Shown here: one piece after another, positions 10,811 to 20,555 of the stretch
Numbering within the stretch: the stretch's first letter is position 1
Layout of the letters: each line of letters begins with the position of its first letter
Assembly: GCA_963733095.1 (NCBI GenBank)
Contig: CAVTBV010000006.1
Location: 64,001 to 128,000 of the forward strand
Source: Candidatus Bathyarchaeota archaeon
GTDB taxonomy: Archaea > Thermoproteota > Bathyarchaeia > Bathyarchaeales > Bathycorpusculaceae
DNA: 64,000 nt
Reading direction: 5' to 3'
The notes under the pieces: generated by a model
The model's database searches: none
What the model was told of the DNA's origin: nothing
The model's input: only the letters and a program-made list of their open reading frames with translations
Made by a program: the position numbers and the translations under genes

Positions 10811-11215
10811 ATGCGATACATTGCTTTATTTGAAAGCATCAGCGGCGCAAGCGTAAAAGACTGTATAGTCGACGAAGTAGAACAGCGAGCTATATTCATC
10901 GTCAACCAAGGTCAAGTAGGCGTTGCCATCGGCAAGGGCGGACGAAACATCCACACCCTTGAACGAATGACCGGCAAAAAACATGAAATCATTGAGTACA
11001 GCGAAGACCCAGCAACATTCATTAAAAACGCCTTAAAACCCGCAGCAGTTAGAGAAATCCGCGTCACCGAACGCACTGATGGCAAAAAAATGGCAGTCAT
11101 AACCGTCAACCCGAAAGATAAGGGCGTCGCGATAGGTAAGAACGGCAAGAACGCCGAACGTTTGCGCTTTTTGGCAAAACGGTATTTCGACATTCAGAAC
11201 GTCAGCATCTCCTAA
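10811..11215 (+). CDS. nusA: archaeal NusA (two KH domains); true start possibly upstream near 10781
   Basis: Two KH GxxG motifs (AIGKGGRN, AIGKNGKN); follows rpl30e. Confidence 0.96.
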   Translation: MRYIALFESISGASVKDCIVDEVEQRAIFIVNQGQVGVAIGKGGRNIHTLERMTGKKHEIIEYSEDPATFIKNALKPAAVREIRVTERTDGKKMAVITVNPKDKGVAIGKNGKNAERLRFLAKRYFDIQNVSIS

Positions 11216-11424
11216 GAGTCCGTAACTGGCTATTAGGCGATGAACACGTCGGTGATTCTCATCGTGTATTGTTAAACCTAGACTGTATAAGGCTCCAATT
11301 TTGGTTTTCCAATCACTTTAATTGGTTTATCGTCGATTTTAGCTGTCAGTCAAGAAACCTTTACTGGGTGTAGTCAACAAACCTTGACGAGAACCCTTTA
11401 ATTTTAAACTAGATTCAGAGATTA

Positions 11425-12978
11425 GTGGTGAAACGGATGAAACATCAAAATTCCATCATCACTTTCGCTTTTTTAACCCTACTGATATGCATCGTTTTAA
11501 CCGCTGAAATTACCCTGCAAAACGTTGTAGCGCAAACCCAGGCAACCACCCCATCATTAAACGATGACTGGTCGATGTTTCATCATGACCTAAACCGCAC
11601 AGGAACATCCAAATCCAATTCATCCAACGGCAATCTGCTTTGGCGATTCTTTACAGGACCCTCCATAACCCCCTCAGTGGCTGACCGGTTACGGGCATCC
11701 CCAACAGTTGTCAACGGCGTTGTGTACATTGGCTCAGACAACAGCATTTTTTATGCTTTGAACGCGACAACTGGTTCCCCAATTTGGCAAGTTAATGTGG
11801 GCAGTGTTGTGGAGTCATCGGCTGCGGTTGTTGATAATGTGGTTTACGTTGGGCTTTTGTGGGATGGGCATAACGGTTATGTCGAGGCTTTGAATGCTAC
11901 CTCTGGCTCAGTAATCTGGCGGTTTGCAACCAACAGTGGCATCGAGTCCTCTCCTGCAGTCGTCAACGGAGTAGTCTATATCGGCTCATTTTCCGGTTAT
12001 GTTTATGCATTAAACGCTACAGACGGCACGGTGATTTGGTCATACCTTACTGGCGGCACAACATTTTCTTCTCCAGCTATAGTTGACGGGATTCTCTACA
12101 TTGGCTCAGGCGATGGAAACGTCTATGCCCTAAACATCGACAACGGCTCGTTATTCTGGAAGTCGCACGTCGGCAACCAAGTGTATGCTTCTCCCGCAGT
12201 CATTAATGCCACAGTATATGTCGGCTCTGATGATGGTCATGTTTGTGCTTTGAGGGCAACTGAGGGTTCAATGGTTTGGCAAGCCAACATCGGCGTCGGA
12301 GATAACTCTGACGACTCTCCCGCCGTAGCTAATGGCATCGTGTACTTTGGTTCCCGCAACGGCTACTATGCATTCAACGCTACTGATGGCTCACAAATCT
12401 GGTTCTTTGCATCCCCATACTCTTCCCGACAGTTTACAGGATATGTGTACTCGTCTCCTGCGGTTGCTGGTGATGTTGTTTACTTTGGGTCATGTGACGG
12501 CTACGTGTTCGCTTTGAATGCCTATGACGGGTCCATTGTCTGGTCGTACCGTGCTGGCATCTTTGTGTTTTCATCGCCTGCCATCGTCAACGGCGTCGTC
12601 TATGTGGGGTCCTATGACGGTTATGTTTACGCTTTAGGCACAACAGGTTCAACTCCAACTCAAACCCCAACTCCAACTATTCAACCGACCGTGTCTCCCT
12701 CACCAACTCCGACTGCCCTCCCAACTGTTACCCCCACCACTATCCCAACCCCACAGCCAACAGAACATCCAACATCCAAAACACACCCAACCCCAACTCC
12801 AACACAAACTCAATCACCACCCCAACTATACATAAATCAACCAACAACGGGACCAGTTGTCGCCATCGACCCGAACACTTCTGCAAACTGGCTAATACTC
12901 GGTGCTAGCATCATTGCAGCATTGGTAGCGGTAATATTCTTCGTGCAAATCTACAGAACCCCGCAGGAAACTCACTAA
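11425..12978 (+). CDS. cell-surface PQQ-like (BamB-type) beta-propeller protein with PT linker and TM anchor
   Basis: Signal peptide, WSMFHHD, about 8 SSPAVVNGVVYIGS...YALNA.G..W repeats, Pro/Thr tract and C-terminal TM helix. Confidence 0.9.
   Translation: MVKRMKHQNSIITFAFLTLLICIVLTAEITLQNVVAQTQATTPSLNDDWSMFHHDLNRTGTSKSNSSNGNLLWRFFTGPSITPSVADRLRASPTVVNGVVYIGSDNSIFYALNATTGSPIWQVNVGSVVESSAAVVDNVVYVGLLWDGHNGYVEALNATSGSVIWRFATNSGIESSPAVVNGVVYIGSFSGYVYALNATDGTVIWSYLTGGTTFSSPAIVDGILYIGSGDGNVYALNIDNGSLFWKSHVGNQVYASPAVINATVYVGSDDGHVCALRATEGSMVWQANIGVGDNSDDSPAVANGIVYFGSRNGYYAFNATDGSQIWFFASPYSSRQFTGYVYSSPAVAGDVVYFGSCDGYVFALNAYDGSIVWSYRAGIFVFSSPAIVNGVVYVGSYDGYVYALGTTGSTPTQTPTPTIQPTVSPSPTPTALPTVTPTTIPTPQPTEHPTSKTHPTPTPTQTQSPPQLYINQPTTGPVVAIDPNTSANWLILGASIIAALVAVIFFVQIYRTPQETH
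12650..12835 (+). repeat. low-complexity Pro/Thr linker (ccaact-type codon repeats)
   Basis: TPTQTPTPTIQPTVSPSPTPT... within the surface protein. Confidence 0.7.
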
Positions 12979-13134
12979 ACCCGCTGACCACTTTCACCAA
13001 AACAAGCTATCCCAAGTGAGGTGACCCAAAAAAAGAATTCTGCACCGAATAGGAATAAATCTGCTCGAAGAAAAAACAATCCTCTTTTTTCTATTTTTGT
13101 GTAAATTTTATAGCTTGCTTATGCATATGTACTT

Positions 13135-14436
13135 GTGATTCGAATGGCTGACTCCCACGAAGATGAAATTTACTCAACGATGTTTAGTTCACTTAAGCAT
13201 CCGGTCAGGCGCAAGATTCTTCGAATGCTAGGAATCAAACCCATGACTTTTATGGAGATGGTTGAGGAACTTGGAGTTTCAACGCCACATTTAACCTATC
13301 ACCTTGAAAACCTCGGTGAACTGGTCTCTAAAATGGATGATGGCAAGTACAAGTTGTCTGCTTTTGGATTAGCCACTGTAGGTGCAATGAAGGGTGTCGA
13401 AGATGTTCGGGAATGTGAGCCGAAACGCGGTGTGGTGACTTCAAGGTGGAAACTCTTTTCGGTAGTGATGCTGATTTCGGTTTTGGCTTTATCGGGTGTG
13501 GCTGGTTTAGAGTATTATTCTATTAACCAGCTTTCTGGGGCTCAGAACTCGATTTCCGTTGAGAATCAGCAGTTATTGTCTTGGGGTATAGGCGCGGATA
13601 AAGTGGCTAATTTTCTTTCAAATCTGACGCAGATTGAAACAAAAAACTATACGATTTCCCTGATGAGTGATACAATGCAGTGGCGAGCTGATTTTGGCGG
13701 TGTCGCTGAAGAAGTCACGCAGTACTCACTAAAGAGCAGCATAAGCGATTTGAACGTGTACTTGCGTTACAGGAATAATCACTTCTCAAGATACGAGCTT
13801 AACATGATTGAAAGCTCACCCATATACTCGCAGGTCCAGCCAAACGATGTCCTGCAGAACGCAAAATATGTACTCTCTCGCTACAGAACCTACTCCGGCG
13901 ATTCATACTTAAACAACATGACTAATATTTTAGCCGCAGTCAGCACCATAAGTAACATGAATGTTACTCAGGGCAACATAAAATTGCAGATTACCGTTTC
14001 AGGAGATACCGTGACATTTCTCTGGATGTACACCGAAAACGGCATAGACTACCAAGCCAAGGGTTTACAGATGACCTTCCAAAACAACGTGTTAACCGTG
14101 TTGTCCGATGGCTATTTCCTATTTAATGTCGGAAGCACCAACATGGCTATTAGTCAAGAACAGGCCATAAACACTGCTAAAAATTACGTCAAAACATTAA
14201 CCTACAACATCGAGAACAAACCAACTTCTGGCTTTAGCGTCATAGACCCACCTGTGTCTGTTCAACTCATCCCACATCCAAGAGGCAACTCAGTCAACCT
14301 GATTCCTTACTGGTACATTGAAATGAGCCTTACCCAGACTTATGCAGGAGGTTACAACGAAGTTGCTGTCGGAATTTACGCTGACACAGGAGAAGTATCA
14401 GATGTACAATTGCTAAGCAGTAGCACAGAAATATAG
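13135..14436 (+). CDS. membrane-anchored ArsR-type wHTH regulator with large extracytoplasmic domain
   Basis: LKHPVRRKIL...LTYHLENL wHTH, then a TM helix (LFSVVMLISVLALSGVAGL), then about 300 aa of N/S/T-rich domain. Confidence 0.85.
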   Translation: MIRMADSHEDEIYSTMFSSLKHPVRRKILRMLGIKPMTFMEMVEELGVSTPHLTYHLENLGELVSKMDDGKYKLSAFGLATVGAMKGVEDVRECEPKRGVVTSRWKLFSVVMLISVLALSGVAGLEYYSINQLSGAQNSISVENQQLLSWGIGADKVANFLSNLTQIETKNYTISLMSDTMQWRADFGGVAEEVTQYSLKSSISDLNVYLRYRNNHFSRYELNMIESSPIYSQVQPNDVLQNAKYVLSRYRTYSGDSYLNNMTNILAAVSTISNMNVTQGNIKLQITVSGDTVTFLWMYTENGIDYQAKGLQMTFQNNVLTVLSDGYFLFNVGSTNMAISQEQAINTAKNYVKTLTYNIENKPTSGFSVIDPPVSVQLIPHPRGNSVNLIPYWYIEMSLTQTYAGGYNEVAVGIYADTGEVSDVQLLSSSTEI

Positions 14437-14466
14437 ACTTTGCAGCTTACGTTTCCGGGAAAAAAC

Positions 14467-14715
14467 TTAGGTTGATCTAGTTTCATACACAATAACTGCA
14501 TCAGTCTTAATCTGCATGACTAAGTCGTGTCCTTCAACAATTTTCCGTAGATTACCCATGCTTTCCTTTGAAAGGTTTGCCTTGATGTTGATGTGGTAAC
14601 CGTTATATAGTGGATACATGGCTTTCTGGGGTATCAAGGTGATGGTTGCTCCATCTAACCCTGGACACCTGTCCACAATTTCTCTCAGTAGGATTGCGAT
14701 TTCCGCGAACTTCAT
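14467..14715 (-). CDS. hypothetical protein
   Basis: 82-aa ATG-started ORF with protein-like composition. Confidence 0.6.
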   Translation of the reverse strand: MKFAEIAILLREIVDRCPGLDGATITLIPQKAMYPLYNGYHINIKANLSKESMGNLRKIVEGHDLVMQIKTDAVIVYETRST

Positions 14716-14914
14716 GAATTTAACCTATTAAATATTTGTAGTATAAACATAAAAAGTCTTCACATAAAAACCTGTTGATGCATATTAAATTCTGCTATTT
14801 TTGTGTGGATTTGGCTGTCAAACCTCTTTTTAAAATTCATTCTTTTTATTAGTCTTTGAGCTTTCAGATGAATGAAACATAAATCTAAGTTCGCTAATAA
14901 AATTAACGAAACTA

Positions 14915-15217
14915 TTATTGCCACCACTTCTTTTTCGGTTTAATGAATAAAATTTCCTTATTTTGCGTTAGTTCAAAAATCTTGCCTAAAGAGTATTCGG
15001 GCGCTTTGGCTTCGCAGATGCCCCCCGTAAGCTCAACTTTTACAGTCCCTTTTTTATCGATATCTTTTGAAAGTATAAACCTTTTAAATGGGGCTCTATT
15101 TCTGAGATTTTCAACCCACTGTTGAGGCGATATCGGTTCTTTTTCTAACCTAATAATTTTTGCAATGACATTTTCAATAGGTTTATTTTCAAAATCGACA
15201 ACTTTTGCAATAAGCAT
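14915..15217 (-). CDS. hypothetical protein
   Basis: 100-aa ORF; no motif recognised. Confidence 0.55.
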   Translation of the reverse strand: MLIAKVVDFENKPIENVIAKIIRLEKEPISPQQWVENLRNRAPFKRFILSKDIDKKGTVKVELTGGICEAKAPEYSLGKIFELTQNKEILFIKPKKKWWQ

Positions 15218-15390
15218 GAAAGGCTTGCTGCTGGAGCCTTTTGAGTTTCTTGGATGTCCAATTGTAAATCGCTAATTTTTTAATCTGTTGATAGTACATT
15301 TAGCTTTTGAGCATAAACCACTTTAGCCATTTCGAAAAATTTTTGAAAAACAAAATCAAGTTTCGTATTACTGTTACTTGTCAGGGGTAT

Positions 15391-16161
15391 TCAGGCAACA
15401 GTCATTCCTGATTCTACCCCAATTAAAACAGGATTAAATTCTCCATCAAGAATAACTATTTGCTCGATATTTGAGAAGAAAGCAGCAGTTGGAGAATAGA
15501 CTTCAGAATATTCCAGTTTCATCTCTATAACGTGGCAGTCAGAGAAGTTGAAGTCATACGCCCATTCTGTCATTTGGTAGCCCGATTGGTTTCTGTAAAA
15601 GAACTGCATGTGAACTGATTCCTTACGCATGAGTGAACCGTCAGGGGTTGTAGTAACGATCGTAGTATTGTGCCAAGTTGCACCTTCAGGAGCTGGACTG
15701 TTAAAGATACGAAACTCAGAACGCCTAGTGACGTTTGCTTCATAAGATAGTTCTATCTGCTTAGGGTCTCCTCTTCCCTGCATGTTATCATACCTTGTTT
15801 CATAGTAGTTTATGACCGCTGAGTCGATGAAGTTCGCTGACGTATTTGTTAAGTAAGTGTCTGGATGAAGGTAAGCCTCTGGGTCTGATGAACCAGTGAA
15901 GGGTTCTTTTAAAAGAATGGCTGAATAGTTGATAGACTCTGCTGTGTTGAGTGCTGTTTCTTCTTGGTTATCTAAGTTTCTATAGATGCTTTTCTGGTAT
16001 TTTAGAGGGATTTGAGTGCTATCCCAGATGAGCAAAGATATAACAATTATGCTCATCATGCAGACAACAAATATTACACGTTTCTTATTACGCACCCTGC
16101 TGAACCTCAGTCTTGTATTTGTATGCTGCTGACTTTTAAAACTGGTCCTATAACTATTCAA
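15391..16161 (-). CDS. membrane-anchored extracytoplasmic protein
   Basis: Basic N-terminus followed by a TM helix (VIFVVCMMSIIVISLLIW). Confidence 0.7.
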   Translation of the reverse strand: MNSYRTSFKSQQHTNTRLRFSRVRNKKRVIFVVCMMSIIVISLLIWDSTQIPLKYQKSIYRNLDNQEETALNTAESINYSAILLKEPFTGSSDPEAYLHPDTYLTNTSANFIDSAVINYYETRYDNMQGRGDPKQIELSYEANVTRRSEFRIFNSPAPEGATWHNTTIVTTTPDGSLMRKESVHMQFFYRNQSGYQMTEWAYDFNFSDCHVIEMKLEYSEVYSPTAAFFSNIEQIVILDGEFNPVLIGVESGMTVA

Positions 16162-16556
16162 GTTAATGAGCTATCAATCAGGTTATTGAAAATAAAATCT
16201 GAAATTTCGTATTAATGTTAACAACTATGGGCGCAGTCGGCTTCTCTCTCGCTTTCAGGTATCTGGCGGTTTTCACGTTTTCTTTGTTATATCAGCCAGT
16301 GTATCTTTGTCGACACCATGCAACTTGACCGAGTAATAAATTTTGTCATTTTCATTAGCGTTCTAACCGACATTCAATACGCTTGTTTATCGGCTTAGAT
16401 TAATTGAAGTCTCATCAGAGAAAGGCGTAAAGAGCCCTAAATTGCCATATTAAGAAAAAGGGGAACATTTGCGGGAGATATCGGCATTTTAGTCAAAATT
16501 GTTTTAATAAGACGCCTTTCAATAGTGTGAACGCTTCAAAATAGAGGCAAACAATC

Positions 16557-18473
16557 TTGTTAATCAAAGAAGTCATCCTTGAAAATTTCATGAGTTACGA
16601 ATACGCCAGAGTCCCCTTTAAACAAGGCGTAAATATAATTGGAGGGCCAAACGGCGCAGGGAAATCCTCCCTTCTGCTGGCTATCTCAGTTGGTTTGGGG
16701 CAAACCTACACTGAACGCTCCCGAAAACTAAGCGATTTAATCCGTTGGGGACAAGACCAAGCCCGAGTCACACTCATCCTCGACAACAGCAAACAAGGCA
16801 ACAAACGTCCAGTCTCAAAATATAGCAAAGACCAACTCTTCCTAACCCGCGTACTGCGACGAGATGGAAAATACTTTTTTGAACTCGAAAACCGAGTTGC
16901 CAGCAAACAAGACATTGAACGGTTGCTCGGCAAATTCGGAGTTGACCCCGACAACATGCTAATCATCATGCATCAGAACATGGTGGAGCAATTCAGCGTT
17001 TTAAGTAATGTAGAAAAACTGTATATGGTTGAAGCAGCCGTGGGTTTGGAACCTTTCAGAGAAAATGTCGTGCAAGCCAAAACCAAACTGATGCGTATAC
17101 TGAGCCAAGAAGAATCAGTCAGCAAACTCCTTGAGCAAGCCCAACAAACCTTGGCTTACTGGCATGAACAATACGAGAAGTACCAAGAGAAAAAGCAGTT
17201 ACAGCTAAAACGCCGGTTTTTGGACCGTGAACTAATCTGGGCCGAAGTTGAAAAACGCGAAGCCGCAATCAAGGATTTACAGACCAAGTTTAACAAGAAC
17301 CAACAGTTTTTGGGCAAGATTGAAGATGACCGACAAGCAATAATCGGCGAACTCGATGGCTTACAGACAAAGCAGCAAACCTTGAAGGACAAAGCCAGTA
17401 CTGTTTTTGAACAGCGAGTAAGCTTAGAACGTGAGGTTGCACAAAACGAATCGACCTTATCGTTTATTGAACAGTTGCTCACCGAAGCCCAAGCTATAGA
17501 AGCCCTTGCCAATAAGAGCCAGTTTAAGCTTCTTCGAAGCAAGAACCTTGAAAAAATGCTGGAAACCTCCAGACAAAAAATCGAAAAAGCAAACGAGGAA
17601 ATTAAAGAAACCAAACAAATGAATCTTAAACTCGATGACTCTTCTGAGAAAATTTCCTCCGAGACTCTGGAAAAACGTGTAACTCTTGGTTTGCTGGAGT
17701 TTAAGCGGGCAAATGCAATCGCTGACATGAAAAACATCGAGAAATCGATTAAGGAAGCCGAAGAAAACCTCAGTGTTGCAATCCAAAAAGCTCAACCTTC
17801 TGGCGAGCGCATAGCAGTCCTTAAAAGTAACGCAGAAATCCAAGACGAAATCGCCTTAACCAATGGGCACTTAGCTGCGTTGGCTGACGTTTCAGAGGAC
17901 ATTGAACGTCAGTATGAATCGTACTCAAAGCTTTATTTAGAACTAAAAGAGAAGGCGCAGTTGGTTGCCGAGAACCGCGAGAAAACTCTTGAAGAAGTCA
18001 AAACCCGCATGCAATCTTGGCGGACCGTTATGGAGAATCTGATTGAACGGGTAAATGTTGAATACCAGAAAATTATGAGTCAAACCCGTGCAACTGGAGA
18101 AGTGAAGCTTTCAAGCGTTCAGGATGTTGAGACTGCTGGGCTTGAGATTTATGTTGGGTTTAAAGGAAGCAAACCCGTAGCGTTGGACGCTTACACGCAA
18201 AGCGGTGGCGAACGAACCACAGCGACTATGGGTTTTCTTTTGGCTTTGCAGCAGCATGTGCGCTCCCCCTTCCGTGCAGTCGACGAATACGACATTCACA
18301 TGGACCCCAAAAACCGAGAAATGATAGCTAAAGTCCTTGTTGCAATGATTAAAGATGCCAGCGCACAATACGTTGTGATTACTCCCAGCCAAATTACTTT
18401 TGCACAACAGGACGCTAACGTCATCACTGTGCAGAACCTTGAAGGAAAATCAATCGTGCGTGAGGTTGCCTAA
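16557..18473 (+). CDS. short SMC-family ATPase, Smc5/6-like (ClsN/Arcadin-4/Sph-type)
   Basis: Walker A GPNGAGKSS, Q-loop MHQN, coiled coil, signature QSGGER, Walker B/D-loop PFRAVDEYDIHMD, and VITP. Confidence 0.92.
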   Translation: MLIKEVILENFMSYEYARVPFKQGVNIIGGPNGAGKSSLLLAISVGLGQTYTERSRKLSDLIRWGQDQARVTLILDNSKQGNKRPVSKYSKDQLFLTRVLRRDGKYFFELENRVASKQDIERLLGKFGVDPDNMLIIMHQNMVEQFSVLSNVEKLYMVEAAVGLEPFRENVVQAKTKLMRILSQEESVSKLLEQAQQTLAYWHEQYEKYQEKKQLQLKRRFLDRELIWAEVEKREAAIKDLQTKFNKNQQFLGKIEDDRQAIIGELDGLQTKQQTLKDKASTVFEQRVSLEREVAQNESTLSFIEQLLTEAQAIEALANKSQFKLLRSKNLEKMLETSRQKIEKANEEIKETKQMNLKLDDSSEKISSETLEKRVTLGLLEFKRANAIADMKNIEKSIKEAEENLSVAIQKAQPSGERIAVLKSNAEIQDEIALTNGHLAALADVSEDIERQYESYSKLYLELKEKAQLVAENREKTLEEVKTRMQSWRTVMENLIERVNVEYQKIMSQTRATGEVKLSSVQDVETAGLEIYVGFKGSKPVALDAYTQSGGERTTATMGFLLALQQHVRSPFRAVDEYDIHMDPKNREMIAKVLVAMIKDASAQYVVITPSQITFAQQDANVITVQNLEGKSIVREVA

Positions 18474-19300
18474 TGCAGACCGTGAAACATAACAAGAAGC
18501 TGGGCAAAGAAAAACTGGAACGCATAATTGAAATGTGCCTTGCCATAGAAAACCACACTGTCGAACCCTTCACACTCAACATTGACGAAATAATCAAAGT
18601 CGTAAAGGAATATTTCCCCAATTGGGCAGACACCGAAGAACTAAAACTCGACGCCGAAACCCTTCACCACTTAGCCACCGTAATTAAAATTCAAAGCGAA
18701 TGGGTAAAACAGCGATCAAACTCGCTCTACGCGGACCCGTTCTTGTTGGAAGAAAAAATCCGCCAAACCAGCAAGCAGGGCATAGTTGATGTGTTTTTGG
18801 CGGCTTGGAGTCCGCTGGTTGAGTTTGAGCAGCTTAGTCTCCACCGTCTGGCACAGGGGTTGCTGTATTGGGGTGCGTTGGCTCCTATGGGTGATCGCTG
18901 GAAAGACATAGATGTTTCCCAAGTTGCCATGGGTTCAGTTAGCCGCGACGAGCTGGTTAAGCAGCGGGTTTTAAGTGACCGCGAATTTTCTGAGGAGCTG
19001 GAGTGTTACTGGCATGAACTCAAAGTTAAAGTCCAAGAAAAAGGGGCAGCTGGTAAGGTTGCCTACTGGGATTTCATCGGTGCCGACACGTACGAGGAAA
19101 CGGTGCAGCGGGCTTTCTTGACGAGTTTTCTGGTAACTTATGGTTATGCCACATTAGAGATTGATAGGTTAGAAGAGTCAGTCTTCATTTTGCCCTTCGA
19201 TAAGCCCCGCAAAGAAACACTTACGGAGCAGTCGACGTCGGTTCCAATCGCTGTGTCGTGTCAAGATTGGCAAAAATGGAAACGAGGCGAAAAAATTTGA
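18473..19300 (+). CDS. kleisin (ScpA/Nse4-like)
   Basis: Overlaps the SMC stop codon. ScpA-like N-terminus (VEPFTLNIDEII...LATVIKIQSE) and a C-terminal wH (RAFLTSFLVTYGYATLEID...VFI). Confidence 0.7.
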   Translation: MQTVKHNKKLGKEKLERIIEMCLAIENHTVEPFTLNIDEIIKVVKEYFPNWADTEELKLDAETLHHLATVIKIQSEWVKQRSNSLYADPFLLEEKIRQTSKQGIVDVFLAAWSPLVEFEQLSLHRLAQGLLYWGALAPMGDRWKDIDVSQVAMGSVSRDELVKQRVLSDREFSEELECYWHELKVKVQEKGAAGKVAYWDFIGADTYEETVQRAFLTSFLVTYGYATLEIDRLEESVFILPFDKPRKETLTEQSTSVPIAVSCQDWQKWKRGEKI

Positions 19301-19941
19301 GCAGCAAGAAAAAAGGTGTCTACGCAGGCAAAGTCAAGAAAGCAACCCAGATGCTCTTCTACAAACGCCACCAGAAACCTGGCGTAAAAGGGTGGGAACT
19401 GCACAAAGCCTTGGGTTCCGATTATCCTAAAGTGCTGGATTTGTTGGAGGATTATCTAAAGCCGCTTGATTTGCAGGTTAAAGTGGTTTTTGAAGAGGAA
19501 AAAGCCCCTGAAAAACCAACCCTCGAGGAGCTGGATAAAGCCCGATTCTTCGTTGCGCTCGCAAACGGCTCAGTAATAAAAGATAAGCTCATGGGTTGGC
19601 GAGTCGACGATTTAGCAGGTCTAGCCATAACAATAAGCTACATAATCAGCAAAAAAGGACAAGCTGCACGAAAAGACATCGAAAAAATGTTAGCTGAAAA
19701 AATGCCAAACTGGAAAATCGGTTTAAACCTTGACAGATACATCCGCTACGGCTACCTTATGCAGGACGAGAAGGGGCAGCTTTTCTTGGATTGGCGTACA
19801 CGCGCGGAAGTTGACCAGAAAGCGCTCATCAACATGCTGCTTAACGCGGAGAAACAAGCTGAAGAAGCCGCCGAACCCGCATCCCAAGAGCAGGAAACCG
19901 GAGACTCAGAAGAAGCTAACACAGAAGAAGAAACCAAGTAA
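19297..19941 (+). CDS. KITE tandem winged-helix subunit (ScpB/Nse1/Nse3-like)
   Basis: TTG start overlaps the kleisin stop. Two wH-like halves; LDRYIRYGYL...LDWRTRAEV resembles Nse1/MAGE WH-B. Acidic tail. Confidence 0.62.
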   Translation: MSSKKKGVYAGKVKKATQMLFYKRHQKPGVKGWELHKALGSDYPKVLDLLEDYLKPLDLQVKVVFEEEKAPEKPTLEELDKARFFVALANGSVIKDKLMGWRVDDLAGLAITISYIISKKGQAARKDIEKMLAEKMPNWKIGLNLDRYIRYGYLMQDEKGQLFLDWRTRAEVDQKALINMLLNAEKQAEEAAEPASQEQETGDSEEANTEEETK

Positions 19942-19942
19942 G

Positions 19943-20509
19943 CTAAACCGCTAAAACAGCAATATAACAGTTCACGGCTTCTTCATCCACAAACGTATTA
20001 ACCTCCATCCCTGAACCGTCAAGGATATCCATGAATTTTTCTAGCGGAAATGCCTTCTTGAGCCCCGTAACAATAATCCTGCCACCGGTCCCAGCAACGC
20101 GCTTTAGCTCTTGCAGGGTTTCGGAGGGTTTGGGCATGTTCTGCAATATGGTAAAGGCGAATATGGCGCCAAAATAGCCGTCTTTGAAGGGCAGGTGGTC
20201 GGCGTCAGCTTGAAGGATATGGGTGTTTTGGAAGGGGTAAACGTGGGATTTGGCTTTTTGAAGGAGTATGCGCGAGAAGTCAACGCCTATGGCTATTTCA
20301 ACTTTATCGGCAACTTCACGGAAAAATAGTCCCGAGCCGCATCCAACATCCAAAACCTTTTTTCCCTCTAAATGAACGTTTTCCAGCGCCTTATCGTATT
20401 TCCTCTGCTGCTCCTCGCCGTACTGCTCATCGTAACTCGCCGCTGTCACATCATACCGCCCCATCACCTTGCGCTTCTCTTTCCAAGCCTTCAACGCGTA
20501 ATCCTTCAA
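19943..20509 (-). CDS. class I SAM-dependent methyltransferase
   Basis: VLDVGCGSG and ADADHLPF motifs. Confidence 0.9.
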   Translation of the reverse strand: MKDYALKAWKEKRKVMGRYDVTAASYDEQYGEEQQRKYDKALENVHLEGKKVLDVGCGSGLFFREVADKVEIAIGVDFSRILLQKAKSHVYPFQNTHILQADADHLPFKDGYFGAIFAFTILQNMPKPSETLQELKRVAGTGGRIIVTGLKKAFPLEKFMDILDGSGMEVNTFVDEEAVNCYIAVLAV

Positions 20510-20555
20510 GAAATCTTATGTACCCAAACCCACCCTAAATAGTTGGCTGAAACCT

